In this document: positions 8,618 to 19,278 of the stretch, piece by piece
Position numbering within the stretch: position 1 is the stretch's first letter
How the letters are laid out: each line of letters opens with the position of its first letter
Assembly (NCBI GenBank): GCA_963804645.1
Contig: CAWDRG010000017.1
Coordinates: 352,001 to 416,000 of the forward strand
DNA length: 64,000 bases
Source: an uncultured Bacillota bacterium
Lineage (GTDB): Bacteria; Sysuimicrobiota; Sysuimicrobiia; Sysuimicrobiales; Segetimicrobiaceae
Direction of reading: 5' to 3'
Notes under the pieces: generated by a model
Database searches by the model: none
Told to the model about the DNA's origin: nothing
Seen by the model: only the letters and a program-made list of their open reading frames with translations
Translations under genes and position numbers: made by a program

Positions 8618-9634
8618 ATGCAGGTGGCGCGGATCGGTCGCAGTGGATTGTCGGTAAGCCGCTTGTCCCTGGGCTCGATGTACTTTGGCGGAAAAACTCC
8701 GGAGCGAGAGGCCGTGCAGATGATGGCAACGGCGCTCGAGGCCGGAATCTTCTTTTGGGACACCAGCAACATGTACAACGCCGGGCGGAGCGAAGAGGTG
8801 GTGGGGCGCGGCCTTCGCGAGCTGGCGGCTCGCGACCGCGTCGTGCTCGCGAGCAAGGTCTTCTATCCGATGGGCGCCGGCCCGAACGATCGAGGCGCCG
8901 GCCGCCGCCACATTCTGCGAGAACTCGACGCGCAGCTTCGGCGCCTGCAGACTGATTGGATCGATCTCTACTATCTCCACCGGTGCGACTTCGAAACACC
9001 GCTTGACGAAACGATTGCAACCCTGGACGCGTGCATACGTGCCGGCAAGATTCGGTACTGGGCCACCAGCACGTTTCCGAGCTGGCGCATGGCGGAAGCG
9101 TGGTGGCGCTGCGAACAACGGGGATGGAGCCACCCGATCTGCGAACAGGCCCCATACAACCTGCTGGACCGGCGCGTCGAGAGCGAACGGCTCGCCTTCC
9201 TGCGAGAGTATGACTGGGGGCTCGTGTGCTGGTCCCCGCTCGCGGCCGGGCTCCTCAGCGGGAAATACGGGATCGACGCGATGGAGACCCCGCCCGCCGG
9301 AACGAGGCTCTCCGATCTCCACCAGCGGTACCAGAGCCGGGTCGGTACCCTGGGCCTGTCCAAGGCGGAGGAACTGGCCCGCTTGGCCCGCCGGGCCGGC
9401 CTCGATCCCATCCACCTGGCGATCGCCTGGCTCCTGCACCAGGACGGTGTGACGGCCGCCGTAATCGGGCCGAGAACTCTGGAGCACCTGCAGACATACA
9501 TCGGAGCCGCTGACGTCACCCTGGATCGTTCGCTGCTGAACGACGTGGATGCGATTGTGCCCCCTGGGTCGGCGTTCGCCGACTTTCACGACACGTCCGG
9601 ATGGTACGTGGGTACGCTGTCCCATGCCGGCTGA
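8618..9634 (+). CDS. aldo/keto reductase
   Basis: GLSVSRLSLG, DTSNMY, LASKV, LQTDWIDLYYLH, WSPLAAGLLSGKY. Confidence 0.93.
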   Translation: MQVARIGRSGLSVSRLSLGSMYFGGKTPEREAVQMMATALEAGIFFWDTSNMYNAGRSEEVVGRGLRELAARDRVVLASKVFYPMGAGPNDRGAGRRHILRELDAQLRRLQTDWIDLYYLHRCDFETPLDETIATLDACIRAGKIRYWATSTFPSWRMAEAWWRCEQRGWSHPICEQAPYNLLDRRVESERLAFLREYDWGLVCWSPLAAGLLSGKYGIDAMETPPAGTRLSDLHQRYQSRVGTLGLSKAEELARLARRAGLDPIHLAIAWLLHQDGVTAAVIGPRTLEHLQTYIGAADVTLDRSLLNDVDAIVPPGSAFADFHDTSGWYVGTLSHAG

Positions 9635-9743
9635 TATCCGCGCACCCGTCCGGTTCGCCGGGTCACCCCGGGGCAGGCCTCCCGCGCCATCTGCGGGCGT
9701 CCTAATCTCGGGGAAGCGGTGACCAATGCTCAGGAGGACTGCC

Positions 9744-10241
9744 ATGGATCTCACTGTCGAGACGATCGCCGCACGGCTTCGCAGACTTGAGGACGAGCGA
9801 GATGTGGTGCGCACGCTGTACCGATACGGACACGGTCTCGACTATGGTCCCGAGGCGGCGTTCTTGGACGTGTTTACCGAGAACGGGAAGTGGATGCGCG
9901 TCGCAGGTCGGAAGCCCGCGCGCAGCTTCGAGGGAGTTCGCGGACTCGCCCAGATGTTTGGCGATCATACGCACGCACCGCAGTTCTATCACAAGCACGT
10001 GGTGGTCAACCCGCAGGTCGACATCGAAGGCGATACGGCAACGGCCGTCAGCTACCTCATCTTCATGTGCGACCACCCCGACGGGCCCTACGTTCGAGCG
10101 TTCAGCCGCTGCCATGATCACCTCGTGCGATGTCCCGATGGGCGCTGGCGGATCGAAACGCGCAAGGCGGAACTGGAATCGTGGGCCGACCGTGATTTTC
10201 CTCCCACCCCGTGGCTGACCTTGCCGCCCGAGGTGCGATGA
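9744..10241 (+). CDS. SnoaL-like/NTF2 family protein
   Basis: RLRRLEDERDV...YGHGLD...HVVVNPQVDIEGDTATA...DGRWRI. AGGAGG RBS. Confidence 0.85.
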   Translation: MDLTVETIAARLRRLEDERDVVRTLYRYGHGLDYGPEAAFLDVFTENGKWMRVAGRKPARSFEGVRGLAQMFGDHTHAPQFYHKHVVVNPQVDIEGDTATAVSYLIFMCDHPDGPYVRAFSRCHDHLVRCPDGRWRIETRKAELESWADRDFPPTPWLTLPPEVR

Positions 10242-10410
10242 TCACACACCAGACCTGAGACGTGCGGCCCTTGCGCGCAGCCGGTCGCCCCCCGGTGCCC
10301 TTGGCCAGGAAGACGGCCGTTCATTGCGAAGATATAACCTCGGCAGCGCGTCCGTGGCCAGAAGTACGCCGCGGGAGATTCCCGGCATCGCGATGACGCA
10401 GCGGGGAGGC

Positions 10411-11019
10411 ATGCTGATGACAACGAAGCGGAAGGGCGCTCGAGCTCAGCGACGCCCGGGCCGGACGGTCCCGGCGAGGAAGACGAAGCGGCAGGCGTCG
10501 CCATCGTCCCGTTCCCGCCGCCCGGCACGGGAGGGCCCGGCCGCCCGCGACCGGGTGCTGCGGCAGGACGTCGCGCAGCTCCTCAGCGGGCGAGGCGCAC
10601 ACGTGACGTTCGACAAGGCGGTGGCAAACTTACCCTTCGCATTGCAGGGCGCCAAACCACCCGGCGCCCCGTATAGTCCGTGGCAGCAACTGGAACACCT
10701 GCGGCTCGCCCAGCGCGATATCCTCGACTACGTCACGGATCCGCACTACGTCGAGCGCGACTGGCCGGACGATTACTGGCCGACCGAGCTCCCGCCGACG
10801 CAGGAGTCGTGGGACGATGCCGTGCACGCGTTCGAGGCGGACCGCGGCGCGTTCGTCAAGCTCGTCACGAACCCCGCGATCGACCTGCTCGCGCGGGTTC
10901 CGCACGATCCCAAGGGTCCGACGATTCTCCATGAGGCCCTGCTCGTCGCAGATCACAACGCGTATCATCTCGGCCAGCTGATCGTGCTGCGCCGGGCTCT
11001 CGGGGCGTGGACCGACTAA
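10411..11019 (+). CDS. DinB family protein with basic N-terminal extension
   Basis: AHVTF, PYSPWQQLEHLRLAQRDIL, ADHNAYHLGQL. GGGGAGG RBS. Confidence 0.85.
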   Translation: MLMTTKRKGARAQRRPGRTVPARKTKRQASPSSRSRRPAREGPAARDRVLRQDVAQLLSGRGAHVTFDKAVANLPFALQGAKPPGAPYSPWQQLEHLRLAQRDILDYVTDPHYVERDWPDDYWPTELPPTQESWDDAVHAFEADRGAFVKLVTNPAIDLLARVPHDPKGPTILHEALLVADHNAYHLGQLIVLRRALGAWTD

Positions 11020-11071
11020 CATCCCGCTAACCGGACGCGCCTATCGGGCCGGCGCTGCCCGGGCGCTCGAG

Positions 11072-11888
11072 CTACGCGTCGGTGGTATCGGGGTACTCGA
11101 CCCGCACGAGGTACAGGCCGTGGGCCGGCGCGGTCGGGCCGGTCCGCGCGTTGTCGGCATCCCCGAGGAAGGCCGCGGGGGCCTCGGGGGCCAGACGGCG
11201 CCGCCCCACCCGCAGCAGCGTACCAACCAGCATGCGCACCATGTGCCGGAGAAAGTGGTCTGCGGTGATCTCCAGCACGATCAGGTCGTCGTGCCGCCGC
11301 CACGCCGCCTCCCGGACGTTGCATACCGTCGTTTTCGGCTGGCTGCCGGCCCCGCTGTAGGCCGCAAAGTCGTGCGGGCCGAGAAACGGCGCGAGCGCCC
11401 GCTGCATCGTCTCCAGATCGAGCGGCTCGGACACGTGATGCACGCGGTGACGGAGCAGCGCCGACGGCGCCGGCCGATTTAGCACGTCGTACCGGTACGT
11501 GCGCGAGGTCGCATCGAACCGCGCGTGAAAGCCCGCCGGCATGTCGCGCGCCTCAAGGACCCGGATGTCCGGCGGCAGGTGCGCGTTGAGCGCCCCCGGG
11601 ACGCGCGCGGCCGGGATCCGGCTCGACGTCACGAGGTGCGGCGCTCTGCCCCCAGGCATGCACGCCGGCGTCCGTGCGTCCGGCACCGACGACGTCGACC
11701 CGCTCGCCCGTGATCTCGCGCGCCGCGGCTTCCAGCGTCGCTTGGACGGACGGGGCGCGTGAGACCGCAGTATCCTGACGCTGCCAGCCGCAGTAGCCGG
11801 TCCCGTCGTATTCGATCACCAGCCGGAGCGTCCGCCCCTCCGACCGTGCCGGGGCGTCACCCGCGCGCCCCCCGGGCTCCCCGGTCAC
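11072..11888 (-). CDS. truA: tRNA pseudouridine(38-40) synthase TruA, +1 frameshift near 11640 (probable sequence error)
   Basis: [12 protein letters not shown] and [11 protein letters not shown] in one frame; [34 protein letters not shown] in another. Deleting one base at 11640-11641 joins them. Confidence 0.9.
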
Positions 11889-12700
11889 CGCCACCACCGC
11901 GCGGGTCCGAGCGCCACGACCGCCGCGGCCGCCAGCAGGACCCCGGCCACCCAGTCGCGGGGGGCGAAGTGCAGCTCCTTCATGCGCGTCCGATGTTCGC
12001 CGCCGCGGTAGCACCGGGCCTCCATGGCGAGCGCAAGGGCTTCGGCCCGGCGGAACGCCCCGATGAACAGCGGCACCAGCAGCGGCAGGAACGCCTTGGC
12101 GCGACGCATCGGGCTGCCCCGCGAGAATTCCGCGCCGCGGGCGATCTGCGCCTTCATGATCTTGTCGGCCTCTTCGACGAGCGTCGGGATGAACCGCAGC
12201 GCGATCGTCATCATCAGCGCAAACTCGTGGGTCGACACGCCCACGCGCTGCAGAGGACGGAGCAGCCGCTCGAGGCCGTCGGTCATCTCCACCGGGGACG
12301 TCGTAAACGTCATCAGCGAGGTCGACGCGACCAGCAGCAGCAGCCGGTAGCCATAAAACAGGCCGAGATCCAGATTCTCGCGGGTGATGACGAGCGGACC
12401 CCGTTGGAACAGCGGGTGGCCGCCGCCCTCTCCGAACAGCACCTGGAAGACGACCGCGATTCCCACGAGCCAGAATACCGGCCGAAGCCCGCGGAGAGCG
12501 TAGCCGAGCGGGATCCGGGCGGCGAGCAGCACCGCGCCCAGGACGACGGTCAGCCACGCGAGCCCGGCCGCCGACCGGGTCGCGAACACCACGGCGATCA
12601 AGACGATCGTTGCCAGGATCTTCGTGCGGGGATCGAGCCGGTGAACGGGCGAGTCCACGGGCAGGTACTGCCCGAACGAAAGGCCGCGCAGCAGGTCCAC
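11885..12700 (-). CDS. ecfT: ECF transporter transmembrane component T
   Basis: [40 protein letters not shown]. Confidence 0.93.
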   Translation of the reverse strand: MDLLRGLSFGQYLPVDSPVHRLDPRTKILATIVLIAVVFATRSAAGLAWLTVVLGAVLLAARIPLGYALRGLRPVFWLVGIAVVFQVLFGEGGGHPLFQRGPLVITRENLDLGLFYGYRLLLLVASTSLMTFTTSPVEMTDGLERLLRPLQRVGVSTHEFALMMTIALRFIPTLVEEADKIMKAQIARGAEFSRGSPMRRAKAFLPLLVPLFIGAFRRAEALALAMEARCYRGGEHRTRMKELHFAPRDWVAGVLLAAAAVVALGPARWWR

Positions 12701-12705
12701 GACCC

Positions 12706-14499
12706 CTAGCCCCCCGCCTGCTCGAGCGCCAGGGCGTCCAGAATCGCGCCCCGTGCCTCGCCGACGGTGAGCACGTCCCGACGGACGGGGAGGCCCCGCC
12801 CGCGCAGGAGGCGCGCGCACTGGGCCACCTGGGGAAGCCCGAGACCGAGGGCGACGAGCCGGTCTGGGTCGCTGAACACCTCACGGATCGGCCCGTCCGC
12901 CACGACGCGCCCGCGGTCCATCACGATCAACCGCTCGCACAGCCGGGCGACGGCGTCCATGCTGTGCGAAATCAACACGATCGTGAGCCCGCGTGCGTCG
13001 CGCAGCCGGACGACGTGATCCAGGATCTCGCGGCGTCCCTGCGGGTCGAGCCCCGCCGTGGGTTCGTCGAGGATCAGCACCCGCGGCTCCATCGCCAACA
13101 GGCCGGCGAGCGCGGCACGCCGCTTCTCGCCGTTGCTCAGCGTGAACGGGGAGCGCGGCCCGAACACGACCGGATCGAGGCCCACCTGGACGAGCGCGCG
13201 ATCCACGCGCTCGCGGATCGCCGCCTCGTCGATCCCAAGGTTCCGGGGCCCGAACGCGACGTCCTGACTCACGGTTTCCTCGAACAGCTGGTGCTCCGGG
13301 TACTGAAACAGCAGGCCGATCTCCTGGTGCACCCGCCGCCGATCGACCTCTTTCGCCTGAATGTCCACGTCGTCCAAGTAGACGCGGCCGCGCGTAGGGC
13401 GAAGCAACCCGTTGAGATGTTGGGCCAGCGTGGACTTGCCGGAGCCACTCGCCCCGATCAGCCCCACGATCTCCCCTGGGCGAATCTCGACGGACACGTC
13501 GACGAGTGCCGCCGCCTCGAGCGGCGTCCCGCGCTGGTAGACGTAGGACACGCCGTCGCACCTGAGCATCGGGCCGGCCGCGCGCGGCCGCGTACGGCCG
13601 GCCCGCCTGCCCACCCTGCTGGGCCGCCGGCGCACCGCCGCGCCTCCGCCGCGAAGCGCGGCGACCGCGTCGACAAGCGCCTCGACCGTGAGCAGGGCCG
13701 GCGGCAGCGAACATCCCGCGTCCGCGAGCCGCCGCCCGAGCTGCGTGACCTCCGGCGGCTCGAGCCGCAGCGCGCGCAGCGCGTCCTCACGCGCGAACAC
13801 ATCCGCGGGCGTCCCTTCAAGCACCACCCGCCCCTCGGCGAGCACCACGATCCGGTCCGCGAGGGCCGCCTCCTCCATGGCGTGCGTGATCAGCACCAGC
13901 GTGAGGCCCTCGTCGCGGCACAGTGCGAGCGCGGTCTCCATGACCTCCCGCTGCCCGTGTGGGTCGAGCATCGACGTCGCCTCGTCCAGCACGAGGCAGC
14001 GCGGCCGCATCGCGAGCACACCGGCGATGGCGACCCGCTGCTTTTGACCGCCCGACAGCAGGTGGGGCGGCCTCCGGCGCACCGCCTCGAGATCGACCGT
14101 GCGCAGCGCCGCATCAACGCGCGCGCGGATCTCCGCGGAGGGCACCCCGAGATTCTCACAGCCGAACGCGACGTCCTCTTCCACGACCGCGGCCACGATC
14201 TGATCGTCGGGCTGCTCGAAAATCATGCCGACGCGCCCCCGCACCTCCCAGACCGCGTCCGCGTCCCGCGTGTTGAGCCCATCGACCACGACGTCCCCGT
14301 CCGTCGGAATCAGCAGCGCGTTGAGGTGCCGGGCGAGGGTGCTCTTGCCGGAGCCGTTGCCGCCGACGATCGCGACGCACTCGCCGGGGAAGACGTCGAG
14401 GTCGATCCCGTGAAGCGCGGGGACCGCCTGCGGGGTGCCGTGCTGGTAGGTATGACGCAGCCCCCGGACTCGAATGAGCGCGGGGGCAGCGGAGGCCAT
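12706..14499 (-). CDS. ecfA: ECF transporter ATPase, EcfA1-EcfA2 fusion
   Basis: Two complete ABC domains ([19 protein letters not shown] and [19 protein letters not shown]) in one 597-aa ORF between rplQ and ecfT. Confidence 0.9.
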   Translation of the reverse strand: MASAAPALIRVRGLRHTYQHGTPQAVPALHGIDLDVFPGECVAIVGGNGSGKSTLARHLNALLIPTDGDVVVDGLNTRDADAVWEVRGRVGMIFEQPDDQIVAAVVEEDVAFGCENLGVPSAEIRARVDAALRTVDLEAVRRRPPHLLSGGQKQRVAIAGVLAMRPRCLVLDEATSMLDPHGQREVMETALALCRDEGLTLVLITHAMEEAALADRIVVLAEGRVVLEGTPADVFAREDALRALRLEPPEVTQLGRRLADAGCSLPPALLTVEALVDAVAALRGGGAAVRRRPSRVGRRAGRTRPRAAGPMLRCDGVSYVYQRGTPLEAAALVDVSVEIRPGEIVGLIGASGSGKSTLAQHLNGLLRPTRGRVYLDDVDIQAKEVDRRRVHQEIGLLFQYPEHQLFEETVSQDVAFGPRNLGIDEAAIRERVDRALVQVGLDPVVFGPRSPFTLSNGEKRRAALAGLLAMEPRVLILDEPTAGLDPQGRREILDHVVRLRDARGLTIVLISHSMDAVARLCERLIVMDRGRVVADGPIREVFSDPDRLVALGLGLPQVAQCARLLRGRGLPVRRDVLTVGEARGAILDALALEQAGG

Positions 14500-14530
14500 C
14501 GGTGAGCGGTGCCCCGGACGGGGCCCGGGA

Positions 14531-14887
14531 CTACTTGAGCAACTCGAGCAGCGCCATCGGGGCGGCGTCGCCGCGCCGGGCTCCGGTGCGCACGATTCGG
14601 GTGTACCCGCCTTGTCCCTTCTGATAGCGCGGGGCGATCGTGGTAAACAGCCGCCGAAGAATCGTCCGGTCGGGGATCAGCTTGGCGATCTGGCGGCGGG
14701 CGGCGAGATCGTTCTGCAGCGCCAGATCGATCATCCGATCCGCCACCTTCTTCGTTTCCTTGGCCTTGGACTCGGTCGTGGAAATGCGTTCGTACACGAT
14801 CAGCGACGCGAGCAGCCCGCGGAACAGTGCGGTCCGCGCGCCGGTATCGCGTCCAAGCCGCCGGCCCCGCTGGCCGAGCTGTCCCAT
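14531..14887 (-). CDS. rplQ: 50S ribosomal protein L17
   Basis: RRLGRD...[12 protein letters not shown]...GGYTRI...[17 protein letters not shown] overlap with the rpoA stop. Confidence 0.95.
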   Translation of the reverse strand: MGQLGQRGRRLGRDTGARTALFRGLLASLIVYERISTTESKAKETKKVADRMIDLALQNDLAARRQIAKLIPDRTILRRLFTTIAPRYQKGQGGYTRIVRTGARRGDAAPMALLELLK

Positions 14888-15892
14888 CAGGCGCCCCTCC
14901 GGCGCAGTTCGAGCCCGAGCGCCGCGAGCTTTTCCTTCACTTCGTCGAGCGATTTCCGTCCGAAGTTCTTGACGTTCACGACCTCGTCCTCGGTCCGCTG
15001 AAGCAGGTCGCCGAGGGTGTTGATCCCCGCGCGCTTCAAGCAGTTGTAGGGGCGCACGGACAGGTCGAGCTCCTCGATCGGCATCGTGGCGAGCTTGTTC
15101 GTCTCGTCCGTCTGCGGCCCGACCGGCACTTCCGCGCCCGCGGCGGTCCCCAGGAACAGCCGGAAGTAGTCGATCAGCAGGCGCGCCGACTCCTGGAGCG
15201 CCTCCTCGGGCCGGATGCTGCCGTCGGTCCACACCTCGAACACGAGCCGGTCGAAGTCCGTGGCATGGCCGACCCGGGTGTCCTCGATCGTGTAGTTGAC
15301 CTTCTGGATCGGCGAGAACACCGAGTCCACCGGGATGACGCCGATCACATGCTCGCTCTTGCGGTGCCGCTCGACCGGCACGTAGCCCTTTCCCGCGCTC
15401 GACCACCAGCTCCATGACGAGGTGCGCGTTCTTCCCGTCGAGCGTCGCAATGTGCAGATCGGGGTTGAGGATCTCCACCTCGGCGTCCGGCTGCAGGTCG
15501 CCGGCCGTCACGTCGCGCTTCCCCTTCACATCCAGCCGCAGCAGCTTCGGCTTGTCGCTGTGCAGCTTGAACGACAGCTCCTTCAGGTTGAGAATGAGCT
15601 GCGTCACATCCTCCACCACGCCCGAGATCGTGGAAAACTCGTGCAGCACGTTCTCGATCTTCACCGACGTCACCGCGGCGCCGGGGATCGACGAGAGCAG
15701 CACCCTGCGGAGCGCGTTCCCCAGCGTCACGCCGAAGCCGCGGTCAAGCGGCTCCACCACAAACTTCCCATAGGTGTCGGACAGCTCCGCGTACTCGATC
15801 TTTGGTTTCGTAATCTCCCACACGCCCGTCAACCCCCTCTGGGGAACGCGCAACGCGGCCAATGTCTGTTCGTCCATTGCCATTTCGCTCAA
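14887..15892 (-). CDS. rpoA: RNA polymerase alpha subunit, +1 frameshift at ~15390 (probable sequence error)
   Basis: [22 protein letters not shown]...VERGKG in one frame; GYVP...IPVDSVFSP...[14 protein letters not shown]...NFGRKS in another. Extra A in GGGAAAGGG. Confidence 0.95.
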
Positions 15893-15904
15893 ACCCTCCG
15901 CGAC

Positions 15905-16531
15905 TTATCGGGAATAGTACTCGATGATCAACTGCTCATGCACCGGTGCGTCGATGTCTTCTCGGGCGGGCCAGCCGAGCATGCGGCCCGACAGCTGGTC
16001 CGGATGGTACTCGAGCCACGCGGGCAGGCCGCGCCCCGGCGGGGTCCCCGCCAGCGCCTTGAAGTGCGGCAGGCTCCGGCTTCCCTCGGCCACCCCGATC
16101 GTCGCCCCCGGACGTACCAGCGCCGCGGGGACGGAGACCTTCCGGCCGTCGACCGTGATATGGCCGTGCGCCACGAGCTGCCGCGCCGCTTTGCGGCTCG
16201 AGGCCAGCCCGAGCCGGTACACGAGGTTGTCGAGGCGGCTCTCCAGCAGCTGCAGCAAGCGCGTGCCGGTCACACCCGTGGCCCGAGACGCCATCTCGAA
16301 GTAGCGCTTGAACTGGCCCTCGTAGACACCGTAGAACCGGCGCAGCCGCTGCTTCTCCCGCAGCCGGATGGCAAAATCGGACGGCTTGCGTCGGCTCGGC
16401 GGATGCATGCCCGGCGGCGTCGTGTCCTTGGCGACGGGACACTTATCGGTATAGCACTTCTCGCCCTTAAGATAGAGCTTCATGCCTTCGCGGCGGCACA
16501 GCCGGCAGACCGCCTCGTGATACCGTCCCAT
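15905..16531 (-). CDS. rpsD: 30S ribosomal protein S4
   Basis: CRLCRREG, LREKQ, LESRLDNLVYRLG, IIEYYSR. Confidence 0.97.
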   Translation of the reverse strand: MGRYHEAVCRLCRREGMKLYLKGEKCYTDKCPVAKDTTPPGMHPPSRRKPSDFAIRLREKQRLRRFYGVYEGQFKRYFEMASRATGVTGTRLLQLLESRLDNLVYRLGLASSRKAARQLVAHGHITVDGRKVSVPAALVRPGATIGVAEGSRSLPHFKALAGTPPGRGLPAWLEYHPDQLSGRMLGWPAREDIDAPVHEQLIIEYYSR

Positions 16532-16540
16532 AATGCCTCC

Positions 16541-16927
16541 TTACACCCGCCGCCGCTTCGGTGGCCGGCACCCGTTGTGCGGGATGGGTGTGACATCCTT
16601 AATGAGGTTCACTTCCAGCCCGGCGGTCTGCAGCGACCGGATCGCGGCCTCACGTCCGGACCCCGGGCCCTTCACGAACACCTCGACCTGGCGCAGGCCG
16701 TGCTCCATCGCCTTGCGCGCCGCGTTCTCTGCCGCGAGCCCGGCCGCGAACGGGGTGCCCTTGCGGGACCCCTTGAACCCCGACGTCCCGGCGCTCGACC
16801 ACGCGAGCACGTTGCCCTGGAGGTCGCTGATCGTGACCACGGTGTTGTTGAACGTCGACTGAATATGCGCGATGCCCGCCGGAACGTTCTTCCGCTCCTT
16901 ACGCCGCCCGGTTGGTCCCTTCGCCAT
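16541..16927 (-). CDS. rpsK: 30S ribosomal protein S11
   Basis: [32 protein letters not shown]. Confidence 0.97.
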   Translation of the reverse strand: MAKGPTGRRKERKNVPAGIAHIQSTFNNTVVTISDLQGNVLAWSSAGTSGFKGSRKGTPFAAGLAAENAARKAMEHGLRQVEVFVKGPGSGREAAIRSLQTAGLEVNLIKDVTPIPHNGCRPPKRRRV

Positions 16928-16968
16928 TTCGTCCTCCTCGACTCCGCGAGTCCGTTCTCAGCGAGCTG

Positions 16969-17364
16969 CTACGACGCGGCCGGAGCCGGCGTCGCCTTGG
17001 CGCGCCGCGCACCGACCGTCTTCTTCGGGCCCTTGCGCGTCCGTGCGTTGGTCCGCGTCCGCTGGCCGCGCACCGGAAGCCCGCGCCGGTGCCGCAGCCC
17101 GCGGTAGCTCCCGATTTCGATGAGCCGCCGGATGTCCATCGCCACATCGCGGCGCAGATCGCCCTCGACCTTGTAGTTGCGGTCGATGACCTCGCGGAGG
17201 CGCGTCACTTCTTCCTCCGTGAGGCTACGCACCCGCGTGTCGGGCGAGATGCCGGTGATCTGAAGGATCTCCCCGGCGCGGCTGCGCCCGATCCCATAGA
17301 TGTAGGTCAGCGCCACTTCCACGCGCTTGTCCCGCGGCAGATCTACCCCTGCGATGCGCGCCAT
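16969..17364 (-). CDS. rpsM: 30S ribosomal protein S13
   Basis: [27 protein letters not shown]. Confidence 0.97.
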   Translation of the reverse strand: MARIAGVDLPRDKRVEVALTYIYGIGRSRAGEILQITGISPDTRVRSLTEEEVTRLREVIDRNYKVEGDLRRDVAMDIRRLIEIGSYRGLRHRRGLPVRGQRTRTNARTRKGPKKTVGARRAKATPAPAAS

Positions 17365-17388
17365 CGTGCCCCTCCTCGCGGTCTCGCT

Positions 17389-17502
17389 CTACCCCTGCTT
17401 CTGCTTGTGCTTCGGATTCTCACAGATCACCATCACGCGGTTCCCCCGCTTGATGATCTTGCACTTCTCGCACATGCGCTTCACGGATGCCCTGACCTTC
17501 AT
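17389..17502 (-). CDS. rpmJ: 50S ribosomal protein L36
   Basis: Manual translation: [37 protein letters not shown]. Confidence 0.97.
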   Translation of the reverse strand: MKVRASVKRMCEKCKIIKRGNRVMVICENPKHKQKQG

Positions 17503-17569
17503 CTGACCCCTCCTGCCGCCAGCGGCGGCGCCGCCCGCCCGCCTCCCGGGTGGGACGCGGTGCGGCGGC

Positions 17570-17788
17570 CTACCTAAATCGGTATGTAATCCGGCCGCGC
17601 GTCGGATCGTACGGCGACAGCTCCACCTTCACGCGGTCTCCCGGGAGGATACGAATAAAATGGATGCGCATTTTCCCCGAGATATGAGCCAGCACCTTGT
17701 GGCCGGTCGACAACTCCACCCGAAACATGGCGTTCGGAAGGATCTCTACGACGGTGCCTTCGACCTCGATCACATCTTTCTTGGCCAT
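17570..17788 (-). CDS. infA: translation initiation factor IF-1
   Basis: [30 protein letters not shown]. Confidence 0.97.
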   Translation of the reverse strand: MAKKDVIEVEGTVVEILPNAMFRVELSTGHKVLAHISGKMRIHFIRILPGDRVKVELSPYDPTRGRITYRFR

Positions 17789-17824
17789 CCACGCTCCTTC
17801 GGGCTATAACACCCGCAACACAAT

Positions 17825-17853
17825 ATTATACCGACGCGGGGTTAGGAAGTCTA
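17825..17853 (-). promoter_or_regulatory. putative internal sigma70 promoter upstream of infA
   Basis: TAGACT-N17-TATAAT overlapping the map stop codon. Confidence 0.6.
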
Positions 17854-18599
17854 GTCAGGACCTCGACCCCGTGTTCGGTCACCGCCACCGTGTGCTCGAA
17901 ATGCGCCGACGGCTTGCCGTCCTTCGTCCGCACCGTCCAGCCGTCCGGATCGGTGACCACCTCGTGGGTCCCCACGTTCACCATGGGCTCAATCGCCAGC
18001 GTCATACCCGGTTGCAACAGGATGCCGGTGCCGGGACGTCCGAAGTTCGGGATCGGCGGCTCCTCGTGCAGTGAGCGCCCGACGCCGTGCCCGGCGTACT
18101 CTCGGACGACAGAGAATCCGTGCCGCTCGACATGCCGCTGGATGGCGGCCCCCACGTCCCCAAGCTTCGCCCCGGGACGCACCGCCTGAATCCCCGCCTC
18201 GAGGGCTTCCGCCCCCACCCGGAGCAGGCGGGCAATGATCTCCGACACCTCGCCGACGGGCACGGTCACGGCGTTGTCTCCGTGGAACCCGTCCACGATC
18301 GCCCCGAGATCCAGGCTCACGCACTCACCCTCGCGCAGCCGCCGCCGGCCGGGGATGCCATGGACGACTTCGTCGTCGACGGACGCGCAGAGGCTCGCGG
18401 GATACCCGCGGTACCCGAGAAACGACGGGACGCCCCCGCGGGCCCGGATCTGATCCTCCGCGATCCGATCGAGCTCGCGCGTGGTCACTCCCGGCACGAC
18501 CCCGTCGACCACGGCCTTGAGGGCCCGCGCCGCGACTTGGCACGCACGCCGCATCGCGGCGATTTCCGCTGGAGACTTGAGCGCAATCATCGTCGACAT
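17826..18599 (-). CDS. map: type I methionine aminopeptidase
   Basis: EVVHGIP, DLG..DGFHGD, GHGVG..LHEEP, AIEPM, SAHFEHT. Confidence 0.95.
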   Translation of the reverse strand: MSTMIALKSPAEIAAMRRACQVAARALKAVVDGVVPGVTTRELDRIAEDQIRARGGVPSFLGYRGYPASLCASVDDEVVHGIPGRRRLREGECVSLDLGAIVDGFHGDNAVTVPVGEVSEIIARLLRVGAEALEAGIQAVRPGAKLGDVGAAIQRHVERHGFSVVREYAGHGVGRSLHEEPPIPNFGRPGTGILLQPGMTLAIEPMVNVGTHEVVTDPDGWTVRTKDGKPSAHFEHTVAVTEHGVEVLTRLPNPASV

Positions 18600-18605
18600 C
18601 AACCC

Positions 18606-19268
18606 TTAGCCCGGCCGCGCGGTCCGGGATTTGGCGAATTCGCGGATCCCGCGGTACACTTCCGGCACCGGGCGCTCCGCGTTCACGGACAGAAACAAGC
18701 CGCGCCTGCGATAGTGCTCGACCAGCGGCTCCGTCCACCGGTGAAACACTTCGAGCCGGTGCAGGACCGTGCTGAGCGTATCGTCCTTTCGCTGAATCAG
18801 CGTCACCCCGTCCACATCGCACCGCCCCGGCTCCTTCGGCGGATGGTAGTCAAGATGATAGATCGCGCCGCACGTCGGACACACCCGGCGGCCGGTCAGC
18901 CGGCGCAGCAGGACCTCCTCGCGGATCTCAAAGAACACCACCGCGTCGAGCCCTCTGTCCGCCCGCGCCAGCCACGTGTCCAGGGCGTCGGCCTGGCCGA
19001 TCGTCCGCGGATAGCCGTCGAGGATAAAGCCCTCCGCGCAGTCCGGCTCCGCGAGGCGGATATGCACGATCCGGTCCACGATCTCGTCGGGCACGAGGTC
19101 GCCTTCCTGCATGAACTGGAACGCCCGCCACCCGACGTCGGTGCCATCGCGCACCGCCTGCCGGAGGATCTCGCCCGTCGAGACATGCGGCAGCCCGTCC
19201 TGGCGCTGAAACATTTCCGCCTGCGTCCCCTTGCCGGCACCGGGTGGGCCCATGAAGATCAGGTTCAT
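18606..19268 (-). CDS. adk: adenylate kinase
   Basis: GPPGAGKGTQ, LDGYPRT, GRRVCPTCG lid. Confidence 0.96.
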   Translation of the reverse strand: MNLIFMGPPGAGKGTQAEMFQRQDGLPHVSTGEILRQAVRDGTDVGWRAFQFMQEGDLVPDEIVDRIVHIRLAEPDCAEGFILDGYPRTIGQADALDTWLARADRGLDAVVFFEIREEVLLRRLTGRRVCPTCGAIYHLDYHPPKEPGRCDVDGVTLIQRKDDTLSTVLHRLEVFHRWTEPLVEHYRRRGLFLSVNAERPVPEVYRGIREFAKSRTARPG

Positions 19269-19278
19269 GCGGCGGCGA

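Noticed and set aside
14531..15892. 453-aa RpoA-L17 fusion ORF
   Set aside because: Produced by the single-base insertion at ~15390; rplQ has its own ATG overlapping the true rpoA stop.
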